Positions 51,201-62,950 of a stretch of DNA of 64,000 nucleotides are shown here, one piece after another (position 1 is the stretch's first letter; every line of letters begins with the position of its first letter). Both the position numbers and the translations under genes were made by a program. The notes under the pieces were generated by a model. The model saw only the letters and a list, made by a program, of their open reading frames with translations. It was not told where the DNA came from and made no database searches. The stretch is from Perna viridis (taxonomy: Eukaryota): positions 8,990,001-9,054,000 of the forward strand of contig CM074515.1 of assembly GCA_037379345.1 (NCBI GenBank), read 5' to 3'.

Positions 51201-54200
51201 TCTTTTTTCTGTTTTGATATTTTGTCTTGTTCTTCCTATAATACAGGTATATTTATCAATACTAATACATGTGAACAGGTTACAGACCACCAATTCAACC
51301 AATGAGCATTTGGAACGTACGCAAAAATAGTCCTACACAGAAATTACCCCTGTTCCTCATAGTGCTGTGAAAAAAGTTCTCATCTTGTTTAAAAAATTTA
51401 AACAGTTTCTGAAAGGAAAAACATTTCTGTACATTTTATAGGTGCATTTTGCTTCTTGTGATGTGAAGCCTAATCTCCATAATGATTTTTAAATATACCC
51501 CTATCTTGTGAAAACACTGGGATTTCCCATGCTATTTATAGACCCTTCACTTCCGGTGACCAGTACTGCACTGCAAGTCTGCTAACCCCACATGCCATTC
51601 TGAGGATTGTGAGCTGACATATGTAGAATCATGCTGATATATAGTCCTCTGCAGGTTAAAGTTAAGGTAAAGTCCAGAAAAGCCATTGAATATTGTGAAA
51701 TTAGCATAGAAGCCTATGGAAAGTGGAATTAGTGGTTTTTAGCCTTAAGCTGAAGCCATGGCAAAATGAAAAGTTTCTTGAAATAGCTTTAAACTACTTG
51801 AAGACCTTGTTAACTTTGCCATGAGAGGAATACACTACAAAAATCCTTCAAAATATGCTTTTTTTTAAGTTATAGGTCCAAATTATGGAAAATTGGTCTT
51901 TTTGGCTGATTTTTATGTCCCATCTTGTAAAAAGTGTAGAAAATTTAGTAAAAATATCAAATATTAAACTTTGAGGGCTATATTTACCTAAATATGGTGG
52001 TAATAAGCACTTGAAATCAAGTTTTGTGTAGATTTGAGCAAAAATTAGGTTAGAAATGAGGAAAAACTCACTTTCATTACTGCGGTTAAGGCCATATCAG
52101 CATTCCCCTATGGCAATATGGAAAATCCATTATTGAGTACTTTTTTTGCTCTAGGTGCCCTTTACTGGTCATGTTTTAATGTGAAAACACTGTATTTACA
52201 AATTTAAAGCCAAATATATCACCTTTTGTGAAAATTTAAAGATTTAGGATTTTTGACATGTGATCAAGAAAAAGGGGGAGGCATGTCAGAAATAAATTTT
52301 TAAAAATAGACCAATTTCTCAGAAAATGATTACTTTTAAAACTATTTCTTCATTGATATTGTTAAAAAACAAATTGTGATTGATATTTTTTATTTGAAAA
52401 GTCAGAAAAAGTTCTTTGCAAATATTTAATGCATTTAAGTATGGTAGAATATTGTCACTTTTTTGCTCGCACAACTTGGTTACCCTATATTTAAAAATCA
52501 AATATTTAAAAAAGTGCTTGTCACATTTCACTGAAACTTTGCAAATGCATTCAGTATGTGTGTAGGAAGATACCTGTATAGTTATTTATTTTTTCCAAGA
52601 CAAAAAGTGACCCTTTAGGTTACAGACCACCAATTCAACCAATGAGCATTTGGAACGTACGCAAAAATAGTCCTACGCAGAAATTACCCCTGTTCCTCAT
52701 AGTGCTGTGAAAAAAGTTCTCATCTTGTTTAAAAAATTTAAACAGTTTCTGAAAGGAAAAACATTTCTATACATTTTATAGGTGCATTTTGCTTCTTGTG
52801 ATGTGAAGCCTAATCTCCATAATGATTTTTAAATATACCCCTATCTTGTGAAAACACTGGGATTTCCCATGCTATTTATAGACCCTTCACTTCCGGTGAC
52901 CAGTACTGCACTGCAAGTCTGCTAACCCCACATGCCATTCTGAGGATTGTGAGCTGACATATGTAGAATCATGCTGATATATAGTCCTCTGCAGGTTAAA
53001 GTTAAGGTAAAGTCCAGAATAGCCATTGAATATTGTGAAATTAGCATAGAAGCCTATGGAAAGTGGAATTAGTGGTTTTTAGCCAACATTCCTGCTAATG
53101 ATATTCTACTTATAGTAGTGGGAGATCATTGCCGTGACAGAAATACAGGTACATTTATAAATACTAATACATGTGAACATTCCTGCTAATGATATTCTAC
53201 TAACGGGAGTGGGAGATCATTGCCTTGACAGGAATGCAGGTACATTTATAAATACTAAAACATGTGAACATTCTTACTACTGAATTTCCACTTACAGTAG
53301 TGGGAGATCATTGCCTTGACATCTTAGGTTGAAGGAAAATTTTTACTACTAAATTTATAGCTAACTTTGTACATGTAAGTTTTCACTAGGTTAAAACTCA
53401 AAGCATTTCCAGTTTTTACTTTCAACAGCACATATATGATAAAAAAAATAGTATCAATGTTTGGTAGTAGACATATAATTTTGTATCTCTAGTTCATTTC
53501 AGATCACATATGTACTTAAATATTACAGATTGAAAATAAAATAAATTTGTTCAGACTGATGTAAACGAGATGGAAACTTTAGTTGGAGAATCTGAAGTAT
53601 AGAAGACTGGTCATTATAACAGACATTGTAGGAGATTCACTGACAAATTGTGAGGGTTATCTATTAAAGGAAAAATGTTTTGTAGAAAGAAACAAAAAAC
53701 AAAAATTTCTGTCATACTTCTACGGCTATGATTAGCTTCATAAATCAACTAAAGATCATTACTGACGTAAAGATGTTGATGTATTTTGTTCTCTCTGAAA
53801 CTGTTGATTTATTCTGCCTTAACATTTAAATTAAATAATTCATTGACAGAGGAGCTACCTTGTGTACAAATATATATGAGTATTAAGGTCATACATACTG
53901 AATATTACATGTATCAACCCTCAACTATATCACCCCATGGGCTGGTGGCCCTTAGGATGATATAGGAGTCTCGGGTTGATACAGCATGTGATACAGATTT
54001 TGACATGTTATATTCAGTATATGATGCATATACAAAACAGTTATATTTTAATTTGAATATATAATATATGTTTATTTGAACCTATATTGTTATATACCTT
54101 CATAATCATTTGTTTAGCCTTCAGTTGTGCTTCTTTTCTAGCTTGTTGTTCTTGTCTTCGTCTTTTGATTTCTTCTTCATGTTTCTCTCTCTTCTCCTTC

Positions 54201-57200
54201 ACCTAAAATAATCCATACCAAGACAATTTCTTACAGTTTAGACAGAATATGTTCTGTTGATACAGGTTCAAAATGCATTGAAACTTATATGTTTACTTAG
54301 ATTTTTTGTAGACATATTTCACTTTAATATTTTATTTCAAATGAAGTAAATGAAAAACAGATAAGATATGTCACAAAAGATTTTCTTTCTTGTTAACTCA
54401 AAAGATCAGATTATGGCATAAATTATCCAGAAAAAAAACCAACTGAATCACTTAAGGGGAGAACTTGACCTCAAATATTCTTTGTTAAGATAAATATTGA
54501 CTACTTTGGTGTAGTTTCATTGTGTTCCATTTTTAACCTAGAATCTTTGTATTTACTGGCCTCATCAAATACATTGACTACTTTGTGATATAAGGAGTGG
54601 TGAAATTCCATGTTGAATTCAACATATTTACACCGTTTATGAAATTTTAAACAAATAAATGTTTTAATATATACATGGCACTTCAAAATTGGAAACAAGT
54701 AAATTTTACCACATAATAACCTAAACATAAAATTAAGTAGAATATTAGTATCTAAATATTAGTACACATAAATCGATGAGAGACAGGCTTTGGTTTACCA
54801 CCTTATTTTTACTGTATTACTCAATTAATATCACTCATTACTATTAACCATACCTAACCATATACTTAGTCTGCTATCCAATCCTATTCATTATAATTTA
54901 TGAATAAAATATGTTTAAACTAACTAACCATACCTGTTTATGACGAAGTTCCATTTTTAACCTTGGATCTTTGTATTTACTGGCCTCATCAAATCCCAGA
55001 TCATTGACAACTCTATCAGCAACAACTTTCTTCTTCAGCATCTGATCCATAACAGTATTGACAGCTCGGTCTTCATCCATATCAGCAAGGAAGGCATAGG
55101 GATCTAAACAGAGGACGCAGCATTTCAAATATAACATAAACTGTTAACGTTAGTCTTACAACATTTATGTTTTTGTGGTTTTTTTTACCTGGTACATAAG
55201 CTGAATCTTTAATTAAAGGAAGTTAACTTCTTCAGAAAATAAAAAGTACAACACATAATACAGTTACACTTGCAATGTTATGTGAGTGTGAAAACAAGCA
55301 AAGAAGTATATGAACATTTTTAACAAATCCTTTGTGTGAAAAATAACAACCAAAACCCATGGTTTCCTAATAGCCAATAAATCACACACGTAAGTACCTT
55401 CCTCATCTTTATACTTCTTTCTGTAATAATTCATTCCATATTCTTCATTATTATAATCTACCAAATGCTCCCATTCCTTCTTCACTTCCTTGGACCTCTT
55501 GTTCCAAGACTCGTCCTCGAAATCGTCAATATCATTGTCCAGTCTAATCTTATCATTAACCCATTGAGACAATAGTTCTTGAGCTGCAAAGATGATGTAT
55601 ACCATTAATGAAGTATAAATAAAGTATCAAACATAGTCACAGATGACATTAATATAGTGTCAATAATATAGCTCCATCAAACATAGTCACAGTTGACATT
55701 AATACAATGTCAAAAATATAGCTCCATCAAACATAGTCACAGATGACATTAATAATGTGTCGATAATACTGTATCATCAAACAGTAACAGAAGACATTAA
55801 TAAAGTGTCAATAATATAGCTCCATCAAACATAGTCACAGATGACATTAATAAAATGTCAAAAATATAGCTCCATCAAACAGTCACAGATGACATTAATA
55901 ACGTGTCAATAATATAGCCTCATCAAACATAGAGTCACAGAAGACATTAATAAAGTGTCAATAATATAGTGCCATCAAACATCAAACAAGTCATTAATAT
56001 CATTGGTGCTGATACTATGTTTAAATTCTCACTCTGTTCCAGTGTGTAAATTTTACCTTCATATATTATACTTTGTAGTACATTTGATTAAGACTCGGAG
56101 GATTTATTTATACCTTGTCTATCTCTACTGTCTAACTAAAATAGTGTACTCTATGGGTACAAGGATTACACTGAATATGTTACCTTGATCATTCCTTTCA
56201 TGTTCATTTACATCCTAAACAACATTAATCACTGCTGTAAGCTGAAAGTACTCAAGCTTTATAAAGGAGTAGGTAAAATTAACCATTCAAATGCATAGTA
56301 AGCTATTGTAATTTATTGTTTTGGTTTGAAAGTAATGAATAATTGGCCCAGATTACCATGTAACGGCAAAACCAAACTAATATATCATTTTGGATATAAG
56401 TGTTTTTGAGTGCAACATGAGTGCATGCCACTGAGGCAATGTTAATCATTTATATAACCTTCAGAATGAGAATCATCATGTTCCTTTAGCTGATTTGCAT
56501 TCCTCAGTGCAGTACTTCTTTTATTCTTTCCTCCAAATACTGCTTCAGCAGCCTGGTTCGATGCTTCTTCTACTTTCTGTCAACACAACAACATTTTGTA
56601 TGTCATTTTTAAAAGACATAATCATGGATATACATAATAGTTCATCTTTTCATTCAAATAAAATACATCCAAATTTTACTTTTATAATAGCAGAATTAAA
56701 GATCATAAGACAAAAAATGTTGAATTAACAGTAATTGTGATTCATTTTAAGGACATGTCAATTTTGTGGGAAGGAAAACTGCATACAAAAAGACTTTAAA
56801 GTTCTTCACTTATTAAATTATAACATTTCTAACTGAATGTTAACCCTTTTAAGCTCACTAGATTAACTAATTACTTTTGGCCATAAAAGGTATTTAAAGA
56901 ATCAGTTCCAAGGGTTTTAAATAAGCAGTCTGAATGCATTGACTGTATTAATACACATACTGCATGTAGTACAGTATAAAATTTCTAACTGTAATTGTTA
57001 TGTAATTTAAAAATTGTCAGGATGTTGCCATTTTAGGCAAAAGTCACGACTTCCCTCCTTAATAATGTTTTTCCCTCCATTTCTGTTGTGCAGCAATAAG
57101 GCAATAACAATGTTTTGATTTCCATTGTATACTGAAAAAAAAATTTAATTTTAAAAAAGTTTCTTTTTCCATCTAACTGTAGATGCACAGCTTTTATTTG

Positions 57201-57439
57201 ATCTTGTGAAGAAGCTCAAAATAGCTCCACATTTCTGTTGGCTTATAGATTTATCCATACATATGTGTACATGGTTATGTGTAAAGTAAGTGTATCTCTC
57301 CTGTCTTTCATTATTCAAGATGTAACTTAGTCTACAACTTCAAAATGTTTTATCTCTTACGTATATTACAAGGGTGAAAAAGAAATAAAGAAAAGTATAC
57401 CTTGATCCAGTCTTGGATGTCATTGTTTGTCGTTACTTT
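36260..57439 (-). CDS. CCDC191: CCDC191-like coiled-coil protein (KIAA1407 family), 16 exons, 5'-incomplete. Exons: 57401-57439, 56459-56576, 55398-55583, 54934-55103, 54098-54202, 51117-51235, 50230-50404, 48950-49140, 47028-47307, 45559-46297, 43850-43932, 43589-43690, 43132-43310, 41212-41329, 40187-40341, 36260-36422
   Basis: All introns are GT-AG with compatible phases, giving about 973 aa of open frame. Motifs recalled from CCDC191: IQDWIKKVEEAS, HDDSHSEAQELLSQW, DPRLKMELRHKQVKE, LQRHFSAWYNLVLEKRLLMGKARAMADWK, QQKILKEQQKQLKEQQ and C-terminal RQKVTELLPDF. Stop TGA at 36262-36260. The symbol rests on recalled similarity; no search was run. Confidence 0.85.
40777..40990 (-). mobile_element. 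Penelope-like 3' fragment in a CCDC191 intron
   Basis: Near-identical to 7617-7823. Confidence 0.85.
41291..42832. repeat. 68-bp minisatellite, 23 copies, spanning a CCDC191 splice acceptor
   Basis: Unit CATACTGTAYGTAATCAAACCAGGCCCTGAAGATGTGCCTATAAAAAATGGTTTATATATTCTATCAA. The first copy overlaps exon 41212-41329. Confidence 0.97.
45120..45420 (+). mobile_element. HINE-like 3' fragment
   Basis: Two degenerate ~140-bp units, a CGGA microsatellite remnant and a terminal GGGGGACAAAAA. Confidence 0.5.
46811..46998. repeat. ~33-bp minisatellite, ~6 copies
   Basis: AAGTTAGAGAGTTAACAAGTTTGTGAAATGATT repeated. Confidence 0.9.
48141..48895 (+). mobile_element. HINE-like element with ~150-bp internal repeats
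   Basis: Head AACTAGA..GTGAGCAAGCTCAC; three units containing TTTCATCAAAATCCC..GGAGTTG..GATTAT..CCC. Confidence 0.6.
51278..53084 (+). mobile_element. Composite element: two direct 467-bp MITE copies (51278-51744, 52618-53084) flanking 873 bp of non-coding DNA, outer TSD AACA
   Basis: The copies differ at about 3 positions. AACA at 51274-51277 and 53085-53088. The empty site GTGAACATTCC is present in the neighbouring tandem units. Confidence 0.9.
53085..53321. repeat. ~92-bp tandem repeat, ~3 copies; the first copy starts at 51241 and is split by the composite MITE
   Basis: Repeated AACATTCCTGCTAATGATATTCTAC...GTGGGAGATCATTGCC...CAGGTACATTTATAAATACTAA.ACATGTG. Confidence 0.85.
55625..55990. 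repeat. ~50-bp minisatellite, ~7 copies
   Basis: CATCAAACATAGTCACAGATGACATTAATA..GTGTCAATAATATAGCTC repeated. Confidence 0.9.
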
Positions 57440-58291
57440 CTGAAAAAAAAACAGAACAATATATGTAATATCATTCAAATTGTTATCAACAGACTAACCT
57501 CTAAACTCATCATTATTTACTCATGCATACTGTACTAAGCATTGAAATCTTACTGAGACATCATGAGTAACTTGTGTCTGGTGAGTAAATTAACAGGTTT
57601 CCCATCAACCCCTGAACTCCACATTAACACACCTGGAGTTACATGTACTAATTCTTTTTTGTGTAAATTTACTCTGGTTTTTCCATCAACTCTCCTCCCA
57701 ACTTCAAATTAATGATCATTTACATTGGTTTATTACTTTTTGAGTTACAGAATACACAATGTAGGTACACATGTACTCATGACAGCTACTAGACCTGCTT
57801 TCATTGGTGGTCAATGAACTCTTATAAGGAGTTTATTCACAATTCAACCCAATGGAGACTTTTGTTGGCCTTATTGTAAGGGTCATTTCATGAATAGAAA
57901 GTTTCTTTCATTGTATCATGGTTAAGGAGGTACAAGCTATTCATACTAAAAAGTGGCCTGTAATTTTGGCAAAATGTACACATTTGTAGAGTTCTTCAAG
58001 CTGAAGAACTAAGGTCACATTTTTAGATATAAAAGTATAATTGAAAAAAATAGTTTCTTGGTACAGTTAAAACAATAGAACAAATAACAGCAGAATAAAA
58101 CATAAAATTATACTGTTCACTGTGAGCGATTTCTGCCCTTTGAATCTTCTGAGAGTTAATAAATAAAGATTGTTAATGTAAGCGACCTTTGAAAATTGTG
58201 ACCCATCATCATTAGAATATTGTAGAAATGTACTTTCACTTTCGATTTACTGATGGCCTGAACTTATTAATAAAGTGGTCTTCTTAATTAA

Positions 58292-59010
58292 TCTAGAGGC
58301 TCAGGAGAGCCTGAATCACTCACCTTGTTAACCATTTGCTTATATGAAAAACTTGTGGAATGAGACAGGCTAAGTTAAAATCAACTAAATTGTCAAATGC
58401 TAGAAATGTCTGAAATAGCATTTTAATTATTTGAACCAGAATTTTGCTAAAGGCAACAATTTTTGAATTATTTTCAAAAAGCTGTCTTCCGACCCCAATG
58501 TTCCATTTTTTAGTATTTATAGGCATCCATATCTATTCAAGAACTGAAAATCACAGCAGTCATTTTGAGTACAATACACTTAAGAACAAATGTGCTTATT
58601 TTCATTAAATGATCATATAAAATGGTTTTAGAGAAGATTTTCAAAGTTGAACATGTGGGGAAAAAAACAAATGTTTCAGGGGCCAAAACTCCTACATCAG
58701 TCAACAAATGGTTTTAAAAATTTCGGCACTGGTCAGTCTCATAATGCTGAAAAATATAGCACCCGCCAGAATTTTGCTGAATGCAGCGGTTTTAGAGTTA
58801 TTTCTAAAAAACTGCCTTCTGACCCTATGTTCTATTTTTAGTAATGGTGGCCATTTTTTTTTTCATGGATCAAAAATCTCAATGATCATTTTAAACTGGA
58901 TACCCTAAGAAACAATACGCAAACTTTCACTGAGTTCTGAAGAATGTTTTTTGAGAAGAAGATTTTTGAAGTTGCACTTTGAAAAATGACAAATAAAAGC
59001 TGTAACTCCT
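58292..59010 (+). mobile_element. HINE-like element with degenerate satellite units
   Basis: Head CTAGAGGCTCAGGAGAGCCTG hairpin; repeated GACCC..TGTTC.ATTTTT and AGAAGATTTT motifs. Confidence 0.5.
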
Positions 59011-60049
59011 ATATCTGTAGACAACTCGTTAAGAAAATTTCAGAAATAGGTACGTCAAACCATAATCATGGGTAACGCATCGTCACCCAATGCAACATAT
59101 TTATTATCGTACTAAGTAAAATTGTGCAAGATTCCAATCCTTGCTTCAATATATGAAGCATATACACTCTACACATTGACACACTCCCAAACAGTTAGAC
59201 TGGGGAAATGCTCTCGGACCAATGTGGGGTTTAGGAATAGGTCAGAGTGTCAACAGAGCAGCCCAGCCACTATTAGGACATACTCTGACTGAGTTCTTTG
59301 GTCAGGTATCCTGATGGCTGTGCTCACCTACCTCCAATTACTAACTGGGCTCAAGCTACTTCAAAGAACAGGGAGAAGTGACTTCTCTTTCAGAGGACTC
59401 CTAGGGAAAAGTGGAGGGAGACAGGGAAAAATGGGAGTCCATGAAAAGAGAAGTGTATTACATGTTGTTTCACTCCTTTTGCGTTGTCAAACCACCTAGA
59501 TTTGCTTAAAGCCATTTAAAGTTTGCCTAACTAAAGCACTGAATTTTCAGGTACAGTATTACAGCACAGACATTTGATCTTGCTCATTCCTTCAGGATCT
59601 GTGTCTATCTTTTAACTTAATATGATGGCATGGTACTTCTTTAAAAAGTTTTTGATAACATTTCAATCATGGTTCACTCTTGATCTTATCCAATATGCAG
59701 TATATGATTGAGATAACATTGATGATCAGTTTAGTGAGAGCATTACAAAAAATAAAAGCAGTACATTTTATTCATTTCATTTCACACATCATATCATAAC
59801 AACCAGCCCTACTAGTCTATAATATACATCTTGCATATGATCTCACTGAATATTAGATAAAAAGTTCATAGACACTGAAAACACATTAATGTATGCAGCA
59901 ATACAAAATAGCTCTATCAGGATGTAAATACTATAATGGAAACACATAATGCATAAAATATACTACAACAGTTTGGAGAAACATTCAATTATACATGTAC
60001 AAACAGAACCTAGTGTATATAGATCTTTCTGGACTCTTCACCCTTCCAC

Positions 60050-62950
60050 ACTGAAAGAGCTTCATCAAAGTCAAAATTCTTAATGTGTGGTCCATTCTCA
60101 GAAATCATCATTACATCATTCAAAAACCCTATTTGTCAGTGAGGCTCTTGCTAAGAATTGATTCCACACATGAAGAAAAGCTGACATTGAAAAAGTTCAT
60201 ACACACTAACCTCTTGTACTGATGATACTCTGACATACAACAGTCTATTTCAATGCCATGATGCTTTTCAAATTTGTCAAAGATGAAATTTACTTCATCT
60301 AAGCCATATTTAAAAAAAAATGTCTGACTACCCTCTTTTTCAGCCTTAACAATATAACTCATGATAAACACACTGAACTTGCTAACAATGTCTCTCTCAC
60401 TAAACCTATCACTCAAATTGCCAACAATGGCATCAACATACTCACTCATGACTCGACTCAATACACCCTTCTGCTGCCTATATGTAATCTCTACATCACA
60501 AACTTGACTCTCACTCTCTTGACTGAAACCTTCAAACCCCTCAAGGTTCACTCTAATACTCTCATCAACAGCTTCCTTACTACACTCTATCACATCTCTC
60601 TTATATAATACCTTGTCACTCTCAACCTCAACACACTCAGCTGATGACTCAACATACATGCCTGGACTCTCATTCAGATCTAACAATGCATCTCTACAAT
60701 CTACAATGGGTTGAATCTTACTGAAGTCTGCACTGTCAGTCTGGAAGACTTCTGACATCCTAGATAAAAAAGGCAAAATGTCAAGCAGCAATAAACTTAT
60801 ACTGAGACACCTCAAAGAACAGTCCTTTAGCAGTTGGATTGGAGGGGGCCTCATGACTGAGGGCAACAACTAGGGCTGGATAAGTCCTAAAAACAATCTG
60901 GACTGCACAGTCTAAGCGTGTCATAGTTTTCCATTCCTCTTTTGACTACCCCGGACTTGACTTGTTATCAGCAACTTGGTGAATGTTTCTAGAAAAGCAG
61001 AGGACACTTACCCTACCAGTGCACCTGGTCCATGCTCCCAGTTTTTAGTGGAGTCTGAGTTGCTCATTTGCTTTTGTTACTTTGTATGTATTATTTTAGT
61101 TACTTTATGTTCTTTGTTGTGTATGTCTGTTTTCCATGTCTGGTCTTTGCCCCTGGATTACATTCTTAAGATTTCCGCTAGAATCTTGGTTACCTTGATT
61201 ACTCTTCAATGTCTGGTCTTTGTCCCTGGATTACATTCTTTTGATTACCACAAGAATCTTGGTTCCCTTGATAACCATTAACCACCTTACTGAATGTACC
61301 TTGGCATACTTTAACTCAGGCAGGTCCAATAAGTGTTGGATTTTCACGAGTTTGTTAGACCTAAGTGCTGAGTTAGAAAATGTAATGGAATATACCTTCA
61401 ACAGTTCTTGAATAGTTAGTTAACTGAGGGATTGCTCTAGAAGCTTGAGAGGTTGCCAATGCACATCTGTGAGCAGCACAGTGGACACGTACAAGTGTTG
61501 GAACATCCTCACGTAAACGTATTGTGACACCAGACTTTTTACCTAATATTATTGATGCACCATCTGTACTCATACCATATAACTTATCAAGTCTAATGTT
61601 GTGAATATGAAGTTGTTCTTTCACTGTGTTAGTGATCACTTCAGCATTTGCAACGCTAATTTGTACATTAGTCAGAAATGGTGTCTGTTTTTTATTTTCC
61701 TTAATGTAGTCTAGGAACATAATTAAACATTTTTTGTTGGCCATGTGTGTTGACTCATCTATGGTGATGGAGTGATTGGTTGATGTCTGTTATAGTTTGA
61801 TCGGTAATTATGCTAGCTAAAACAGACTGGAATTCAGTAATACTTTGATGGCTTGTATATTGTACTGAGTCACTTTTGTGAAGTGGTTCATCTTGAATGG
61901 ACTCTTTTAGTTCCAGGGTAGGCTTGAAATGATTCTTTGGCATTTCAATGATTGCTAAAAGGCAGGCTGTTTTAAGATATGTTTTAACGGCAATGTCATC
62001 TTTTGTCAATTGCTTAACTACAACATGCTTGATGCCTGAATCAGATTGGTCATAGTGATTTTTCTGCCTGGTGGCTATCATCTGATGTTCTGCAGCTCAA
62101 AGTAAAACTTAGCTATAAAAAAAAGTGTTTAGTTTTAAAATGTAGACAATGGCATATTAAAATTTTAATATAACATCTACGTGCATAACACAATCAAAAT
62201 ATTCTACGATTATTATTGTGTGTCATAGGTAACATTTTCATGCTTCTCCTAACTGAAGCTTCATTGTATTGTTTATATTATACGATGAAACAATAGAAGT
62301 GAAACCTCAACAACATGTTTCTTGTGTAATGTCGTTCATAGTACACGATTGATAGTGGTGATTTCCGGTGATAGGTAATAATTAGCCTAAGGTCACAGAT
62401 TATGACACGCATATCTCATATCTAATTGAAATATGGTAATCCTGTTAGTGTAATACTGTGTAACTACATGTATATAATGACAACTAATAGATGATAAATG
62501 AGTTCATAAATAGTTACATATGTAGTTTATTTTTGGTGTAAAACATCAGTAATAGCTCGAGAATTATTACAAATAGATTTCTATTAAAATAGAAGTATTA
62601 AAATATTTTGTGTATTATTTCTCAATGCATCTTAAGTCAGATTGGAACAACATAACATAAAGCACATAATTTTACTTAGAGTATGTAAAAGGAAACTTAC
62701 ATTTGGCATGCCTACTCTGGTTGGTTGTCCTTTGTGGTTTATCATGACTGACTGCATATTTGTTCTTAAACTTGGCATCATGACACAAACTACAATGCCA
62801 TACACTATTTGAGTCCTGAATATACCACTTGAATGAATTTTGTGCATTAACTTTCCTGAACTTGTTAGGTGTCATTTTTTCAGAAACACTACTACTGTCA
62901 GCCTTCCGTTTTACAGGAATGGAAAGATTTAGCCACTGCGTTAACGACAA
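60050..62950 (-). pseudogene. Decayed hAT transposase (ZNF862-like) with a probable intron at 62113-62700
   Basis: N-terminal zinc finger (WHCSLCH), STDGAS, VHCAAHRCALA (CxxH), LLDILPFLSRMSEVFQ, NLSDRF. Frameshifts and a Penelope-like insertion. Donor GTAAGT at 62700 and acceptor ttttatag at 62113. TIRs not located. Confidence 0.8.
60918..61275 (+). mobile_element. Penelope-like 3' fragment with a tandemly duplicated 3' end, inserted in the hAT transposase
   Basis: Full 3' UTR to about 61206, followed by a second ~68-nt copy of the terminus. Confidence 0.85.

Noticed and set aside
51278-53084. TRIM/LTR retrotransposon
   Set aside because: It lacks TG...CA ends, a PBS and a PPT, and the repeats have ~22-bp TIRs typical of MITEs.
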